A model generated the notes under the pieces. That model did not search any database and was not told the DNA's origin. It worked only from the letters and a program-made list of their open reading frames with translations. The position numbers and the translations under genes are program-made. Source: Shigella phage ESh16. Taken from it: DNA of 64,000 bases. The stretch lies in sequence record ON528726; one strand, given 5' to 3'. How positions within the stretch are numbered: the stretch's first letter is position 1; the number at the start of each line of letters is the position of its first letter. This document shows, piece by piece, positions 1-15,195 of this stretch.

Positions 1-3862
<3,862 letters not shown>

Positions 3863-3870
3863 AAGTCCTC

Positions 3871-4527
3871 TTAATAATAGCCGAAATCTTGAACAGAATC
3901 CTTAATAACAATTTGATCAAATCGTGGAACATGTGATGGTTGAGATGCAGGATTCTGCGAAAAAAGGTTTGGCGCGGTTAAGTTACCTGTCATAGTATCT
4001 CCAGAGCGTAATACCCTAGAGTTTGCGTTTGCTGTAACAATATTTATTGCTCCATCGACATAATCTTTCCGCGTGAGGTCATAATTATTTACTGGAGATA
4101 ATGAAGTTGCGCGTATTTGCGATGCTTCAATTACGCCCTTTGAGCTAATATCTCCATTTCGTGTGTTAATTACTACAGTTCTACCTGCTGTTCCTTGTGA
4201 TGATTTAAAACCAATACCATACCACGAAACAATATCCATATTTGTAGTATCATACGTGGCATTATCACCAGGACCAGCAAAAATACCGTTGTCACCTGAC
4301 CCTGCGCCAGGAACAGTCATTCCTTTATTAAAAATTACTTTATTTAAATACGTACCGCCATTAGCTTTAGAAACGAAATCGTTATCGGCAGCTTGTGGCT
4401 TATTATATTCTGAATATATTTTAAATGATTTATAGAGTACATCGTCACCGGCTGGATTCAATGGAAAATTTCCTTGATGCCAAATGACAGAGCCTCCAGT
4501 TGTTGAACCTACTTTTAAATCAGCCAT
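3871..4527 (-). CDS. 36: Long tail fibre distal connector gp36 (218 aa)
   Basis: ORF track; size and position between 35 and 37 as in T4. Confidence 0.85.
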   Translation of the reverse strand: MADLKVGSTTGGSVIWHQGNFPLNPAGDDVLYKSFKIYSEYNKPQAADNDFVSKANGGTYLNKVIFNKGMTVPGAGSGDNGIFAGPGDNATYDTTNMDIVSWYGIGFKSSQGTAGRTVVINTRNGDISSKGVIEASQIRATSLSPVNNYDLTRKDYVDGAINIVTANANSRVLRSGDTMTGNLTAPNLFSQNPASQPSHVPRFDQIVIKDSVQDFGYY

Positions 4528-4550
4528 TGTATGCCCCTTTATTTTAATAG

Positions 4551-4558
4551 TATTTATA
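4551..4558 (-). promoter_or_regulatory. T4-type late promoter (TATAAATA on minus strand) upstream of gene 36
   Basis: Plus-strand tatttata about 25 nt upstream of the gene 36 start codon. Confidence 0.55.
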
Positions 4559-4566
4559 AAGAAAAA

Positions 4567-4584
4567 GGGAACCCGAAGGCTCCC
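4567..4584 (-). terminator. Stem-loop with CUUCGG-type loop downstream of gene 35, followed by T-run on minus strand
   Basis: gggaacccgaaggctccc inverted repeat; minus-strand T-run follows. Confidence 0.45.
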
Positions 4585-4589
4585 TCAAT

Positions 4590-5705
4590 TTAAACTTCTC
4601 TAAATTCTTGTCCAAACACTTTACCAGTTTTAGACGATGCTTGTGTAGGAAGTACCATTATATCCGGAGGTGAAGCAGATTCACAGACATAATTAACTCG
4701 AATACCATTGACGCCAAATTCAGCAGGTTTTGAAATTCCGCCATTTCTTGATACTTCAGAAAAGCTTAAATTTCTCATGCCACCTTGACCTGCTTGCGCA
4801 GTTCTTTGTGCATATATCGTAAATCCTACTGCATTTTCTGGAATAACTACATAATCTTCCTTTAATTCCCATGACCCAGCTTGTCCAGTAAACTCAGCAT
4901 GTGTTGAAGAAATATATCCATTCGATTCATCATAAAAACGGATTGATATATTTGTAGTTCCAAGCGCAAGTAAATCTGCATCAGCGTATAACTGCGCTTT
5001 AAGATAAAGAACATCGCCAGGAATTAAATTATAATCAGAGAGTTTACTTATTGCGGATGAAGTTGGTAAACGTGCAATTTCGTTATTAGTTCCACCGACT
5101 GCTGACATAAATTGCTCCACGCTTTCATATGTTCTTTTAGGAAATCCCGTAGCTCCAACGTCTTCTAAACTGTCAAATACAACATCTAAAATAGTTTGAT
5201 AGTCATCTGTGCTTTTTCTATTACTTAGTTTAACATGTTCTAATGCAATAGCTCCTTTGGAAGAAGTATAAAAGGCAGCATATGATACGTCAAATCTTGA
5301 CAATAAAGAATCAGATGGAAAAGCAGACGTTCCTGCTGCTCTTAACCAAGATACTACTTCAGGAGGAAAATTAACCTTTCCGCTAGTTAATATAGCAACA
5401 AGTCTGTTATTCGCCAAAGAATTCATGAAACTAACAAAAGCAGCTGATGTAGTATCATTTGAAGTCGAAAAAGCATATGACTTACTATCAACTAATGCTC
5501 CAGTGGAAGGGTCAAAAACTCTTAAATGAAGACCTGCGCTAAATGTTTGACTTCCGACAAGATTATCCTGAAATTTAACATATGGTCCTGCTGTAGAAAG
5601 CGGGCAAGAACCCGCTATACTTATTTTATATCTTACTGAATTACTTTCCGATAAAAATGGCGTTTGGACATATCCTTGTCCAAACTCTGCCATAAATTTT
5701 TCCAT
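4590..5705 (-). CDS. 35: Long tail fibre hinge protein gp35 (371 aa)
   Basis: ORF track; size (T4 about 372 aa) and synteny. Confidence 0.85.
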   Translation of the reverse strand: MEKFMAEFGQGYVQTPFLSESNSVRYKISIAGSCPLSTAGPYVKFQDNLVGSQTFSAGLHLRVFDPSTGALVDSKSYAFSTSNDTTSAAFVSFMNSLANNRLVAILTSGKVNFPPEVVSWLRAAGTSAFPSDSLLSRFDVSYAAFYTSSKGAIALEHVKLSNRKSTDDYQTILDVVFDSLEDVGATGFPKRTYESVEQFMSAVGGTNNEIARLPTSSAISKLSDYNLIPGDVLYLKAQLYADADLLALGTTNISIRFYDESNGYISSTHAEFTGQAGSWELKEDYVVIPENAVGFTIYAQRTAQAGQGGMRNLSFSEVSRNGGISKPAEFGVNGIRVNYVCESASPPDIMVLPTQASSKTGKVFGQEFREV

Positions 5706-5713
5706 AATACCTC

Positions 5714-8700
5714 TTATTCAACCCATTCAAATTTAACCGTTTTATTCACTGGGTCAGGAATAATGCGAACATTACCAATTCGTAAGAAATCACGAATAGT
5801 AAGATTCCCCATTATAGCATTATCAGATGGTAAAGCACCGATATCAGATGGCTGAGGAGGGTTACCTCCATCAAATACCTGAACAAAACTTGACCAAGAG
5901 TTTTTGGTTTTCTGCCATGTACGCGTCCAGCGAGTGGTACGTGCTTCTGGAGTCGTTGGATAAGTAATCCAATCTTGGTAAAGTGAATCGAGTGTGTTAC
6001 CAAACTGAGTCAATGTACCAGGAGATTTAACCTCTTCGCCACGTTCTAAGTATGGAAGCCCAGTCACTTCATTAGTTTTTTCAACCATTTCAAAATAACC
6101 CGGGAACTGGTTATAAGTAGCTGAATCATTAATGTCAATTGACCAGAATCCTACAGTATCAGATGTCGGCACACGGGTATATAAGTCAGATGTTTTAGTG
6201 CCCTGAGAACGAATTCTCGAGTTAACAGTTAAACCGCCTGAATTTATAGTAGCACCTTTGGCAATGATTAAGCTTTCACCAATCGTTACTTGACCAGATG
6301 CATTATTAATAGTTAATGGACGTAATCCATTAAATCCACCAGTCTGATCGCCCGATGCAGTAAGCATAAAATTCGTTACTGACCCGTCATTGCGAACAAT
6401 AAAACCATAATTTCCGTTAATAGCACGGAAAGCATTTGCGCTTCGAGAAATAATTTCACCACTTGCAGTGACTGAATTACCAAATGTTGCTACACCATTT
6501 GCATTCAATGTTCCTAAAGCATTCACATTTATTGGCATTACAGTACCATTAATGCTAAATGCTATATTACCATCTTTATCGCGTTGAGAATAAAAGTGAT
6601 AAGATGTTTCATCACTAACTTCAAATACGGTAGAACGTGTTGTGTTTGATTCCCCACTAAATTGATTCCCCCACACGCTGACTGTCATCGTTTGAGCCGG
6701 GTTCGTTCCAGTTTGAGATCCTTTCTCAAAAATCAGACGAGTTGCTGTTCCATCAGTATTAGAAATAGTTAGTGTACTATTTGCCGAAACTGATCCACCA
6801 AACGTAGCAGTACTAGATGATACAAGAGGGGCACTCAGATTCGTTTGTTGAGTTAAGGTTAGTGAACCATTAACCGTCTGCGCAATATCCCTACGAATGA
6901 ACTGGGATGAATCTAGACCATCCAATAAATTCGTGTCAGCAGCTTTTGCCTTTAACGGCAAATAATTTGCTAATACACGGTTTAATTCATATGGCGATAC
7001 TGCATAGCTATTTTTCTCGTACAAGTCTAATGACTGCGTTGAACCAACTGTATCATTACCAACGAATGTAATTGAACCAGATGAAGTTTTAACAAAACCT
7101 CTTACCAAAGTAGTTGCTGCCCAAGTAGGTTCGCTCTGCACAATCCATTTTAAATTTTTTGGAGATACAGCAGTATTTGCTGACGTTCCAGCTACAGTTT
7201 CAGATTGAGTTGCAACTTTAATAACGCCTTCTTGCGCTTCAGTAGATTTAGTACCTAAAAGCTTTTTAGGAGTTATTAGAACATTATCTAATGTTCCTGC
7301 AGCAGCTTCAACTTGTGTAGCCACACGAAGTGTACCACGCTGTGTCTCATTTGCTTCAAGAATATTAAGGGTATAATGGTCCCAGAGAGTTCCTGATTCA
7401 ACTAATCCAGATAGAGCAACAACAGAAGTACGATCAGTACTATTAAATCTGGTTTTAATTTTTAATGGTGTAGAGATACGAGTATCGTCGACGCCTGCGT
7501 CGAATTCAACTTGCGTAGCAATTTCAGCTATACCACTTAAACTTTCAGTTGCTTTACGGTCATTTAAAGTTTTAGGAGTGACTGCGCGAGTATAATCAGT
7601 TCCTGTATTAACTTCGCTTTGCGTAGCAATTTCAATTAAACCAATTCTTCCATCAGTTGATGTCTTTTTATGTAACGTTTCTGGAGTTACAACCGCATTT
7701 GCCCATCCTTCTTGGCTTTGTCCAGCAATTACTTCACTTTCAACTGCTAAAATTACTGCGCCTTGTTGTGTTGGAGTAGCTTTATACTGATCCAGAGCTT
7801 TAGGCGAAACAACTAAATTATTAGTGTTTTTATTGTAAACATTTGTACCATTTAATTCACGACTAGAGGCTGGAGTAGCTCCTGCGGTAGATACAAAGGT
7901 TACAATACCAGATAATGATTCAGAACCCTGACGAGCTTGAAGCTTTTTAGGAGTGATGATCGTAGTATCATCAGTACCTGTATTAGTTTCTTGTTGCGTA
8001 GCAATTTCAGCAACACCTCTACGAGTTTCTGTAGCAGTTCTTTCATTCAGCTTTTTAGGAGTGATGATAATATCGTCAGCAAAAGAGAATGTAGTATCCT
8101 GATTCACTTGGGCGGTAGTTGCTATTCTTGCGATACCTCTACGAGTTTCTGTAGCAGTACGGTTAGCTAACGTTTCTGGAGTAATTGCCAATTCTTTTTG
8201 TGGAGAATTTTCTAAATCAGCATTAGCTTGAGCTTGTGTAGCTAAAGCAATTACGCCTAATCTTGCTCTAGTAGAATCATTTAAAGAATCTACTCTTTCT
8301 ACGGTTGGAACGTTTTGCTGTACAACCCAATATTTTCCATCAGAATCTTCTATATAAGCAAGCTCCAAAACTGGAACATAATTAGTTTCACCGTTAAAAA
8401 CTAATTCTTGAACTGTTACCCATTCAGCTTCAGGTGGATATTCTGAACGTTTTGGGAATTGCAGCAATTGAACTGAAGAAGCAATTTTATCTTCACCGGC
8501 AGCTTTGATTTTAACTGTTTGGCCTTTTCTCATGTAATTCATGGAAATTTTAACAGTATCGCCAATGGAAATATCGGTCGGAAGCTGAAGTTCAATTGTT
8601 TGAGTTGTTCCATTATTCGCACCAAATACCATAACTTCTTCGTTTGGACGAATATTAGAATTAGTTGTTATAACACGTAAACGTGCTTTACTATCCCCGT

Positions 8701-9586
8701 CAAATAATCTCCATAATTTCTCATTATCATCAAACATCAAGAAACCGTCAATCGATGTACGGCCTTCAATGGAATGAGTTCCAACTTCTTGTACTGAAGT
8801 TGTTTCATCATATGTAGTAACAATTGTGTGATAAAGAGGATTTAATTTATCTAAATCAACGAAATTAATAATATCGCCATGATTAGCAAATCTCGGAAGT
8901 TTAATATTTATCGGTGCAGCAGAAGTAAATCTGCGCACGATAAAATCGTTTGACTGCGCCTGGTAGAGACTTGCTGGCGTCACAACTACCGCTTCTCTGC
9001 TATAATCAGCCACATACATTTGCCACAGACGATTACTAAAAATTAAAACTATCTGTGATTTTGGATGTGTCATTAGTACTGAACGTACTTGCTGACCTCT
9101 AAAATTTACAATGCTTTGTACCGGAGCTGTAATTAAAACTTGATTAACTCCAGGTTTTCCTCCAATATCTTGGAGAACGATAGTATCACCGTCAATTGGA
9201 GTAGATGGTAAAGTAAATGTAATGTCATTACCAGCTGCAGTATCAACTGAAATTGATTCGCCCGATTTTAATTGATAAGGTCCTGATGAAACAGTTGTCC
9301 AGTTTGCATCAGTACGTAACGCTCTCCATCGTACGCTATTAAAAGCTCCTGCTGGTTTTGGAATATCATTTATAGCAGCCCAAAAGCGGTTATCATAAAT
9401 GATTACAAAATCTTTTAAATATCCACGAGTTGGATCATATTGTTGAACTGTGTTTTCTTGAATTAGGTAATCAACGTTAACACCGTCAGTTCCTACGGCA
9501 CGATCAGCTAAAGCTACGTTGATTATTTTATCGCCACCTGCGTCCAGACCATCTTCTGCTCTGAACTTTCTTTTAATCTCGGCCAT
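5714..9586 (-). CDS. 34: Long tail fibre proximal subunit gp34 (1290 aa)
   Basis: ORF track; size (T4 1289 aa); internal repeated motifs; synteny next to rnh. Confidence 0.9.
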   Translation of the reverse strand: MAEIKRKFRAEDGLDAGGDKIINVALADRAVGTDGVNVDYLIQENTVQQYDPTRGYLKDFVIIYDNRFWAAINDIPKPAGAFNSVRWRALRTDANWTTVSSGPYQLKSGESISVDTAAGNDITFTLPSTPIDGDTIVLQDIGGKPGVNQVLITAPVQSIVNFRGQQVRSVLMTHPKSQIVLIFSNRLWQMYVADYSREAVVVTPASLYQAQSNDFIVRRFTSAAPINIKLPRFANHGDIINFVDLDKLNPLYHTIVTTYDETTSVQEVGTHSIEGRTSIDGFLMFDDNEKLWRLFDGDSKARLRVITTNSNIRPNEEVMVFGANNGTTQTIELQLPTDISIGDTVKISMNYMRKGQTVKIKAAGEDKIASSVQLLQFPKRSEYPPEAEWVTVQELVFNGETNYVPVLELAYIEDSDGKYWVVQQNVPTVERVDSLNDSTRARLGVIALATQAQANADLENSPQKELAITPETLANRTATETRRGIARIATTAQVNQDTTFSFADDIIITPKKLNERTATETRRGVAEIATQQETNTGTDDTTIITPKKLQARQGSESLSGIVTFVSTAGATPASSRELNGTNVYNKNTNNLVVSPKALDQYKATPTQQGAVILAVESEVIAGQSQEGWANAVVTPETLHKKTSTDGRIGLIEIATQSEVNTGTDYTRAVTPKTLNDRKATESLSGIAEIATQVEFDAGVDDTRISTPLKIKTRFNSTDRTSVVALSGLVESGTLWDHYTLNILEANETQRGTLRVATQVEAAAGTLDNVLITPKKLLGTKSTEAQEGVIKVATQSETVAGTSANTAVSPKNLKWIVQSEPTWAATTLVRGFVKTSSGSITFVGNDTVGSTQSLDLYEKNSYAVSPYELNRVLANYLPLKAKAADTNLLDGLDSSQFIRRDIAQTVNGSLTLTQQTNLSAPLVSSSTATFGGSVSANSTLTISNTDGTATRLIFEKGSQTGTNPAQTMTVSVWGNQFSGESNTTRSTVFEVSDETSYHFYSQRDKDGNIAFSINGTVMPINVNALGTLNANGVATFGNSVTASGEIISRSANAFRAINGNYGFIVRNDGSVTNFMLTASGDQTGGFNGLRPLTINNASGQVTIGESLIIAKGATINSGGLTVNSRIRSQGTKTSDLYTRVPTSDTVGFWSIDINDSATYNQFPGYFEMVEKTNEVTGLPYLERGEEVKSPGTLTQFGNTLDSLYQDWITYPTTPEARTTRWTRTWQKTKNSWSSFVQVFDGGNPPQPSDIGALPSDNAIMGNLTIRDFLRIGNVRIIPDPVNKTVKFEWVE

Positions 9587-9620
9587 TCTCCCGGGCTCCT
9601 ATTGTGTTTTCAATAATAAG

Positions 9621-9628
9621 TATTTATA
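9621..9628 (-). promoter_or_regulatory. T4-type late promoter for gene 34
   Basis: Plus-strand tatttata (minus TATAAATA) about 35 nt upstream of gene 34 start. Confidence 0.6.
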
Positions 9629-9690
9629 CTTGTTTACTTTAAGATTTGGATAGTATATAATAGAAATCTCACTAATTGAACGAGGTTCAT

Positions 9691-10608
9691 ATGGATTTAG
9701 AAATGATGCTGGATGAAGATTATAAAGAAGGAATTTGCTTTATTGACTTTAGTCAAATTGCGCTTTCAACTGCTCTTGTAAACTTCCCAGATAAAGAAAA
9801 AATTAATTTATCAATGGTTCGTCATTTGATATTGAACTCAATTAAGTTTAATGTCAAAAAAGCAAAAACGCTTGGATACACTAAAATTGTACTGTGTATT
9901 GATAACGCGAAATCTGGATATTGGCGTCGTGATTTCGCGTATTATTATAAGAAAAACCGTGGAAAAGCACGAGAAGAATCTACTTGGGATTGGGAAGGTT
10001 ATTTTGAATCCAGTCATAAAGTTATAGATGAACTGAAAGCTTATATGCCATACATCGTTATGGATATTGATAAGTATGAAGCAGATGACCATATTGCTGT
10101 TCTTGTTAAAAAGTTCTCTTTAGAAGGACATAAGATTTTAATCATTTCGTCGGATGGTGACTTTACTCAACTTCACAAATACCCAAATGTTAAGCAATGG
10201 TCACCGATGCACAAGAAATGGGTTAAAATTAAAAGCGGTTCAGCTGAAATTGACTGTATGACTAAAATCCTTAAAGGCGACAAAAAGGATAACGTTGCTT
10301 CAGTTAAAGTACGATCTGACTTTTGGTTTACGAGAGTTGAAGGTGAACGAACTCCTTCAATGAAAACCTCTATTGTCGAAGCTATTGCTAATGACCGTGA
10401 GCAAGCTAAGGTGCTTCTCACAGAATCTGAATATAATCGTTATAAAGAAAATTTAGTTCTAATTGATTTTGATTATATTCCTGATAATATTGCTTCAAAC
10501 ATTGTGAATTACTATAATTCATATAAATTACCACCGCGTGGCAAAATTTATTCATATTTTGTAAAAGCGGGTCTTTCTAAATTAACTAATAGCATTAATG
10601 AATTTTGA
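9691..10608 (+). CDS. rnh: RNase H / 5'-3' flap exonuclease (305 aa)
   Basis: Protein MDLEMMLDEDYKEGIC... recognisable as T4 RNase H; ATG at 9691 with GAGG upstream preferred over the TTG at 9676 used by the ORF track. Confidence 0.92.
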   Translation: MDLEMMLDEDYKEGICFIDFSQIALSTALVNFPDKEKINLSMVRHLILNSIKFNVKKAKTLGYTKIVLCIDNAKSGYWRRDFAYYYKKNRGKAREESTWDWEGYFESSHKVIDELKAYMPYIVMDIDKYEADDHIAVLVKKFSLEGHKILIISSDGDFTQLHKYPNVKQWSPMHKKWVKIKSGSAEIDCMTKILKGDKKDNVASVKVRSDFWFTRVEGERTPSMKTSIVEAIANDREQAKVLLTESEYNRYKENLVLIDFDYIPDNIASNIVNYYNSYKLPPRGKIYSYFVKAGLSKLTNSINEF

Positions 10609-10616
10609 GGTGAATA

Positions 10617-10886
10617 ATGGCTAAAAAAGAAATGGTTGAATTTGATGAAGCTATCCACGGCGAAGACTTGGCTAAATTTATTAAAGAAGCATCTGATCAT
10701 AAACTGAAAATTTCCGGTTATAATGAACTGATTAAAGATATTCGAATTCGTGCCAAAGATGAACTTGGCGTTGATGGTAAGATGTTTAATCGTCTATTAG
10801 CTTTGTATCATAAAGATAATCGTGATGTGTTTGAAGCTGAAACTGAAGAGGTAGTTGAACTTTATGACACAGTTTTCTCTAAATGA
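10617..10886 (+). CDS. dsbA: dsDNA-binding protein DsbA (89 aa)
   Basis: Size and synteny; GAGGTG RBS. Confidence 0.85.
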   Translation: MAKKEMVEFDEAIHGEDLAKFIKEASDHKLKISGYNELIKDIRIRAKDELGVDGKMFNRLLALYHKDNRDVFEAETEEVVELYDTVFSK

Positions 10887-11202
10887 TATTCGTCCGGTCG
10901 ATGAGACCGGTCTTTCAGAAAAAGAACTTTCAATTAAGAAAGAAAAGGATGAAATTGCAAAGCTTCTTGACCGCCAAGAAAATGGATTTATTATTGAAAA
11001 AATGGTAGAAGAGTTTGGAATGAGTTATCTTGAAGCTACAACAGCATTCTTGGAAGAAAATTCTATTCCTGAAACTCAATTTGCTAAATTTATTCCTTCG
11101 GGTATAATTGAAAAAATTCAGTCAGAAGCTATCGACGAAAATCTTTTACGTCCTTCTGTTGTTCGTTGTGAAAAAACTAATACATTAGATTTTCTACTAT
11201 GA
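10864..11202 (+). CDS. 33: Late transcription co-activator gp33 (112 aa)
   Basis: MTQFSLNDIRPVDETGL...; ATG at 10864 gives the T4-like 112 aa product; track ORF starts at an upstream TTG. Confidence 0.88.
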   Translation: MTQFSLNDIRPVDETGLSEKELSIKKEKDEIAKLLDRQENGFIIEKMVEEFGMSYLEATTAFLEENSIPETQFAKFIPSGIIEKIQSEAIDENLLRPSVVRCEKTNTLDFLL

Positions 11203-11852
11203 TTAAACTCCGCATGCCTGCTGGTGGTGAAAGATATATTGATGGTAAATCAGTTTATAAATTATACTTAATGATAAAACAACATATGAACGGAAAGTAT
11301 GATGTAATTAAGTATAATTGGTGCATGCGGGTGTCTGATGCCGCTTATCAAAAGCGAAGGGATAAGTATTTTTTCCAGAAGTTATCAGAAAAATATAAAT
11401 TAAAGGAACTTGCTTTAATCTTTATAAGCAATCTGGTTGCTAACCAAGATGCTTGGATTGGTGATATCTCTGACGCTGATGCACTTGTGTTTTATCGTGA
11501 ATATATCGGACGCTTAAAGCAAATTAAATTTAAGTTTGAAGAAGATATTCGCAACATTTATTATTTTAGTAAAAAAGTTGAAGTTTCTGCTTTTAAAGAA
11601 ATCTTTGAGTATAATCCAAAAGTCCAATCAAGTTATATTTTTAAACTACTTCAATCGAATATAATTTCGTTTGAGACGTTTATCTTGCTTGATTCGTTTT
11701 TAAATATAATCGATAAACATGATGAACAGACTGATAATTTAGTCTGGAATAATTATTCTATAAAGTTAAAGGCTTATAGAAAAATTTTAAATATTGATTC
11801 ACAGAAAGCTAAAAGTGTTTTCATTGAAACTGTGAAATCTTGCAAGTATTAA
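11199..11852 (+). CDS. 59: Helicase loader gp59 (217 aa)
   Basis: Size identical to T4 gp59; synteny 33-59-32. Confidence 0.9.
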   Translation: MIKLRMPAGGERYIDGKSVYKLYLMIKQHMNGKYDVIKYNWCMRVSDAAYQKRRDKYFFQKLSEKYKLKELALIFISNLVANQDAWIGDISDADALVFYREYIGRLKQIKFKFEEDIRNIYYFSKKVEVSAFKEIFEYNPKVQSSYIFKLLQSNIISFETFILLDSFLNIIDKHDEQTDNLVWNNYSIKLKAYRKILNIDSQKAKSVFIETVKSCKY

Positions 11853-11860
11853 TTGCTTAT

Positions 11861-11868
11861 TATAAATA
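11861..11868 (+). promoter_or_regulatory. Late promoter TATAAATA upstream of gene 32
   Basis: tataaata motif about 90 nt upstream of the gene 32 ATG. Confidence 0.55.
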
Positions 11869-11880
11869 GATTATAATTAT

Positions 11881-11951
11881 CTCACTGACCAGCTATGAGG
11901 TCATACATCGTCATAGCACCAACTGTTAATTAAATTAAAAAGGAAATAAAA
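11881..11951 (+). promoter_or_regulatory. Gene 32 autoregulatory translational operator (pseudoknot region plus unstructured A/U-rich tract)
   Basis: Leader ctcactgaccagctatgaggtcatacatcgtcatagc followed by ttaattaaattaaaaaggaaataaaa ATG, resembling the classical T4 gene 32 operator. Confidence 0.7.
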
Positions 11952-12860
11952 ATGTTTAAACGTAAATCTACTGCTGAACTCGCTGCACAAATGGCTAAAC
12001 TGGCTGGAAATAAAGGTGGTTTTTCTTCTGAAGATAAAGGCGAGTGGAAACTGAAACTCGATAACGCGGGTAATGGTCAAGCAGTAATTCGTTTTCTTCC
12101 GTCTAAAAATGATGAACAAGCACCATTCGCAATTCTTGTAAATCACGGTTTCAAGAAAAATGGTAAATGGTATATTGAAAACTGTTCATCTACCCACGGT
12201 GATTACGATTCTTGTCCAGTATGTCAGTACATCAGTAAAAATGATTTGTACAATACTGACAATAAAGAATACGGTCTTGTTAAACGTAAAACTTCTTACT
12301 GGGCTAACATTCTTGTAGTAAAAGACCCAGCTGCTCCAGAAAATGAAGGTAAAGTATTTAAATACCGCTTCGGTAAGAAAATCTGGGATAAAATCAATGC
12401 AATGATTGCAGTTGATGTTGAAATGGGTGAAACTCCGGTTGATGTAACTTGTCCGTGGGAAGGTGCTAACTTTGTACTGAAAGTTAAACAAGTTTCTGGT
12501 TTTAGTAACTACGACGAATCTAAATTCCTGAATCAATCTGCGATTCCAAATATTGATGATGAATCTTTCCAGAAAGAACTGTTTGAACAAATGGTTGACC
12601 TTTCTGAAATGACTTCTAAAGATAAATTCAAATCGTTTGAAGAACTGAGCACTAAGTTCAGTCAAGTTATGGGAACTGCTGCTATGGGTGGTGCCGCAGC
12701 GACTGCCGCTAAGAAAGCTGATAAAGTTGCTGATGATTTGGATGCATTCAATGTTGATGACTTCAATACAAAAACTGAAGATGATTTTATGAGCTCAAGC
12801 TCTGGCAGTTCATCTAGTGCTGATGACACGGACCTGGATGACCTTTTGAATGACCTTTAA
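11952..12860 (+). CDS. 32: ssDNA-binding protein gp32 (302 aa)
   Basis: [48 protein letters not shown]...; Zn-binding Cys/His cluster [15 protein letters not shown]; acidic Ser/Asp-rich C-terminus. Confidence 0.97.
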   Translation: MFKRKSTAELAAQMAKLAGNKGGFSSEDKGEWKLKLDNAGNGQAVIRFLPSKNDEQAPFAILVNHGFKKNGKWYIENCSSTHGDYDSCPVCQYISKNDLYNTDNKEYGLVKRKTSYWANILVVKDPAAPENEGKVFKYRFGKKIWDKINAMIAVDVEMGETPVDVTCPWEGANFVLKVKQVSGFSNYDESKFLNQSAIPNIDDESFQKELFEQMVDLSEMTSKDKFKSFEELSTKFSQVMGTAAMGGAAATAAKKADKVADDLDAFNVDDFNTKTEDDFMSSSSGSSSSADDTDLDDLLNDL

Positions 12861-12882
12861 TAGATTATATTACTAATTAATT

Positions 12883-12910
12883 GGGGACCCTAGAGGTCCC
12901 CTTTTTTATT
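12883..12910 (+). terminator. Rho-independent terminator after gene 32
   Basis: ggggaccctagaggtcccc hairpin followed by tttttt. Confidence 0.7.
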
Positions 12911-12932
12911 TCAAAAATTTTTTCACAAAACA

Positions 12933-12962
12933 GTTTACATGTCACAAGGACTGTGGTACTAT
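12933..12962 (+). promoter_or_regulatory. T4 early-type promoter (GTTTACA -35, TACTAT -10)
   Basis: gtttacatgtcacaaggactgtggtactat with about 17 nt spacing. Confidence 0.5.
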
Positions 12963-13005
12963 ACAACTATCGGTAATACTGCTGATGATTAAAGAGGAAA
13001 ATAAT

Positions 13006-13233
13006 ATGGCTAAAGTTGATATTGACATCGTTGATTTTGAATATATTGAAGAAATTATTCGTAATCGTTATCCTGAACTTAGTATCACAAGCGTACAAGA
13101 TTCTAAGTTTTGGAGTATTCAAATCGTTATTGAAGGTCCTCTTGAAGACCTCACTCGCTTTATGGCTAATGAATATTGTGATGGTATGGATTCTGAAGAT
13201 GCAGAATTTTACATGGGACTGATTGAACAATAA
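13006..13233 (+). CDS. Small acidic hypothetical protein (75 aa) in the 32-frd interval
   Basis: ORF with GAGGAAA RBS before ATG at 13006 (MAKVDIDIV...); position where T4 has frd.3/segG. Confidence 0.55.
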   Translation: MAKVDIDIVDFEYIEEIIRNRYPELSITSVQDSKFWSIQIVIEGPLEDLTRFMANEYCDGMDSEDAEFYMGLIEQ

Positions 13234-13277
13234 TTATCAAGGGGCTATAAAGCCCCTATCAAAATGAGGAAACCGTA

Positions 13278-13643
13278 ATGTATATTGGCAAAAAGTATGA
13301 GCTTGTTCCAAGACTTATTGATACATTTATTAGTTATCGCCCACGTTCTAATTCATCAATAGTTAAAATTATTCAAGAAAATGGCGGATGGTTTGAAGTT
13401 AAAGAAGCTTTCTTTGCCGATGGATTTAGAGTAATAAAACACATTGAATGCGCAAATGGAAAGCATTTTTACTTTAACGTTTGCGAAGATGAATTTCATT
13501 GTTTCCGTGAATATAAAGAACCGACTTCTGAAGAAGATGAAGTCAAAGACAAGGTTTCTGGTGTAACAAAAATTCATTGCATTGTTGACGAAAACAATGT
13601 AGACGAAATCATTGAACTTTTGCGAAAAACTTTCAAAAAGTAG
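13278..13643 (+). CDS. Hypothetical protein (121 aa), frd.x-family position
   Basis: ORF track; GAGGAAACC RBS. Confidence 0.6.
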   Translation: MYIGKKYELVPRLIDTFISYRPRSNSSIVKIIQENGGWFEVKEAFFADGFRVIKHIECANGKHFYFNVCEDEFHCFREYKEPTSEEDEVKDKVSGVTKIHCIVDENNVDEIIELLRKTFKK

Positions 13644-13673
13644 TTTACAGGTAGGGTAGTAGTGTGATACTAT
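13643..13673 (+). promoter_or_regulatory. Early promoter overlapping a stem-loop (PeSL-like)
   Basis: gtttacaggtagggtag...gatactattaccctat: -35 GTTTACA, -10 TACTAT, inverted repeat TAGGGTA/TACCCTA. Confidence 0.5.
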
Positions 13674-13698
13674 TACCCTATCAACTAAGGAGAATAAA

Positions 13699-13941
13699 AT
13701 GAGATTACAACGCCAGAGTATTAAAGATTCAGAAGTTAGAGGTAAATGGTATTTTAATATCATCGGTAAAAATTCTGAACTTGTTGAAAAAGCTGAACGT
13801 CTTTTGCGTGATATGGGATGGGAAGATGAATGTGATGGATGCCCTCTTTATGAGGATGGAGAAAGCGCAGGATTCTGGATTTACCATTCTGATGTTGAAC
13901 AGTTTAAAGTTGATTGGAAAATTGTGAAAAAGTCTGTTTAA
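13699..13941 (+). CDS. Hypothetical protein (80 aa)
   Basis: ORF track; AAGGAG RBS. Confidence 0.6.
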   Translation: MRLQRQSIKDSEVRGKWYFNIIGKNSELVEKAERLLRDMGWEDECDGCPLYEDGESAGFWIYHSDVEQFKVDWKIVKKSV

Positions 13942-13951
13942 GGAAAATAAT

Positions 13952-15151
<1,200 letters not shown>

Positions 15152-15195
15152 TTATTAGCTTCATAAAATGTATTATAATTTATATAAGGTACTAA

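Noticed and set aside
9676-9690. Upstream TTG/GTG starts proposed by the ORF track for rnh (and similarly for 33, denA, gp20, the nrdA.2-like ORF)
   Set aside because: A downstream ATG with a proper Shine-Dalgarno gives the product length expected for the T4 ortholog in each case.
12186-12665. 159-aa antisense ORF within gene 32
   Set aside because: Antisense to a highly conserved gene, Phe/Asn/Ile-rich product typical of AT-rich reverse frames, no RBS.
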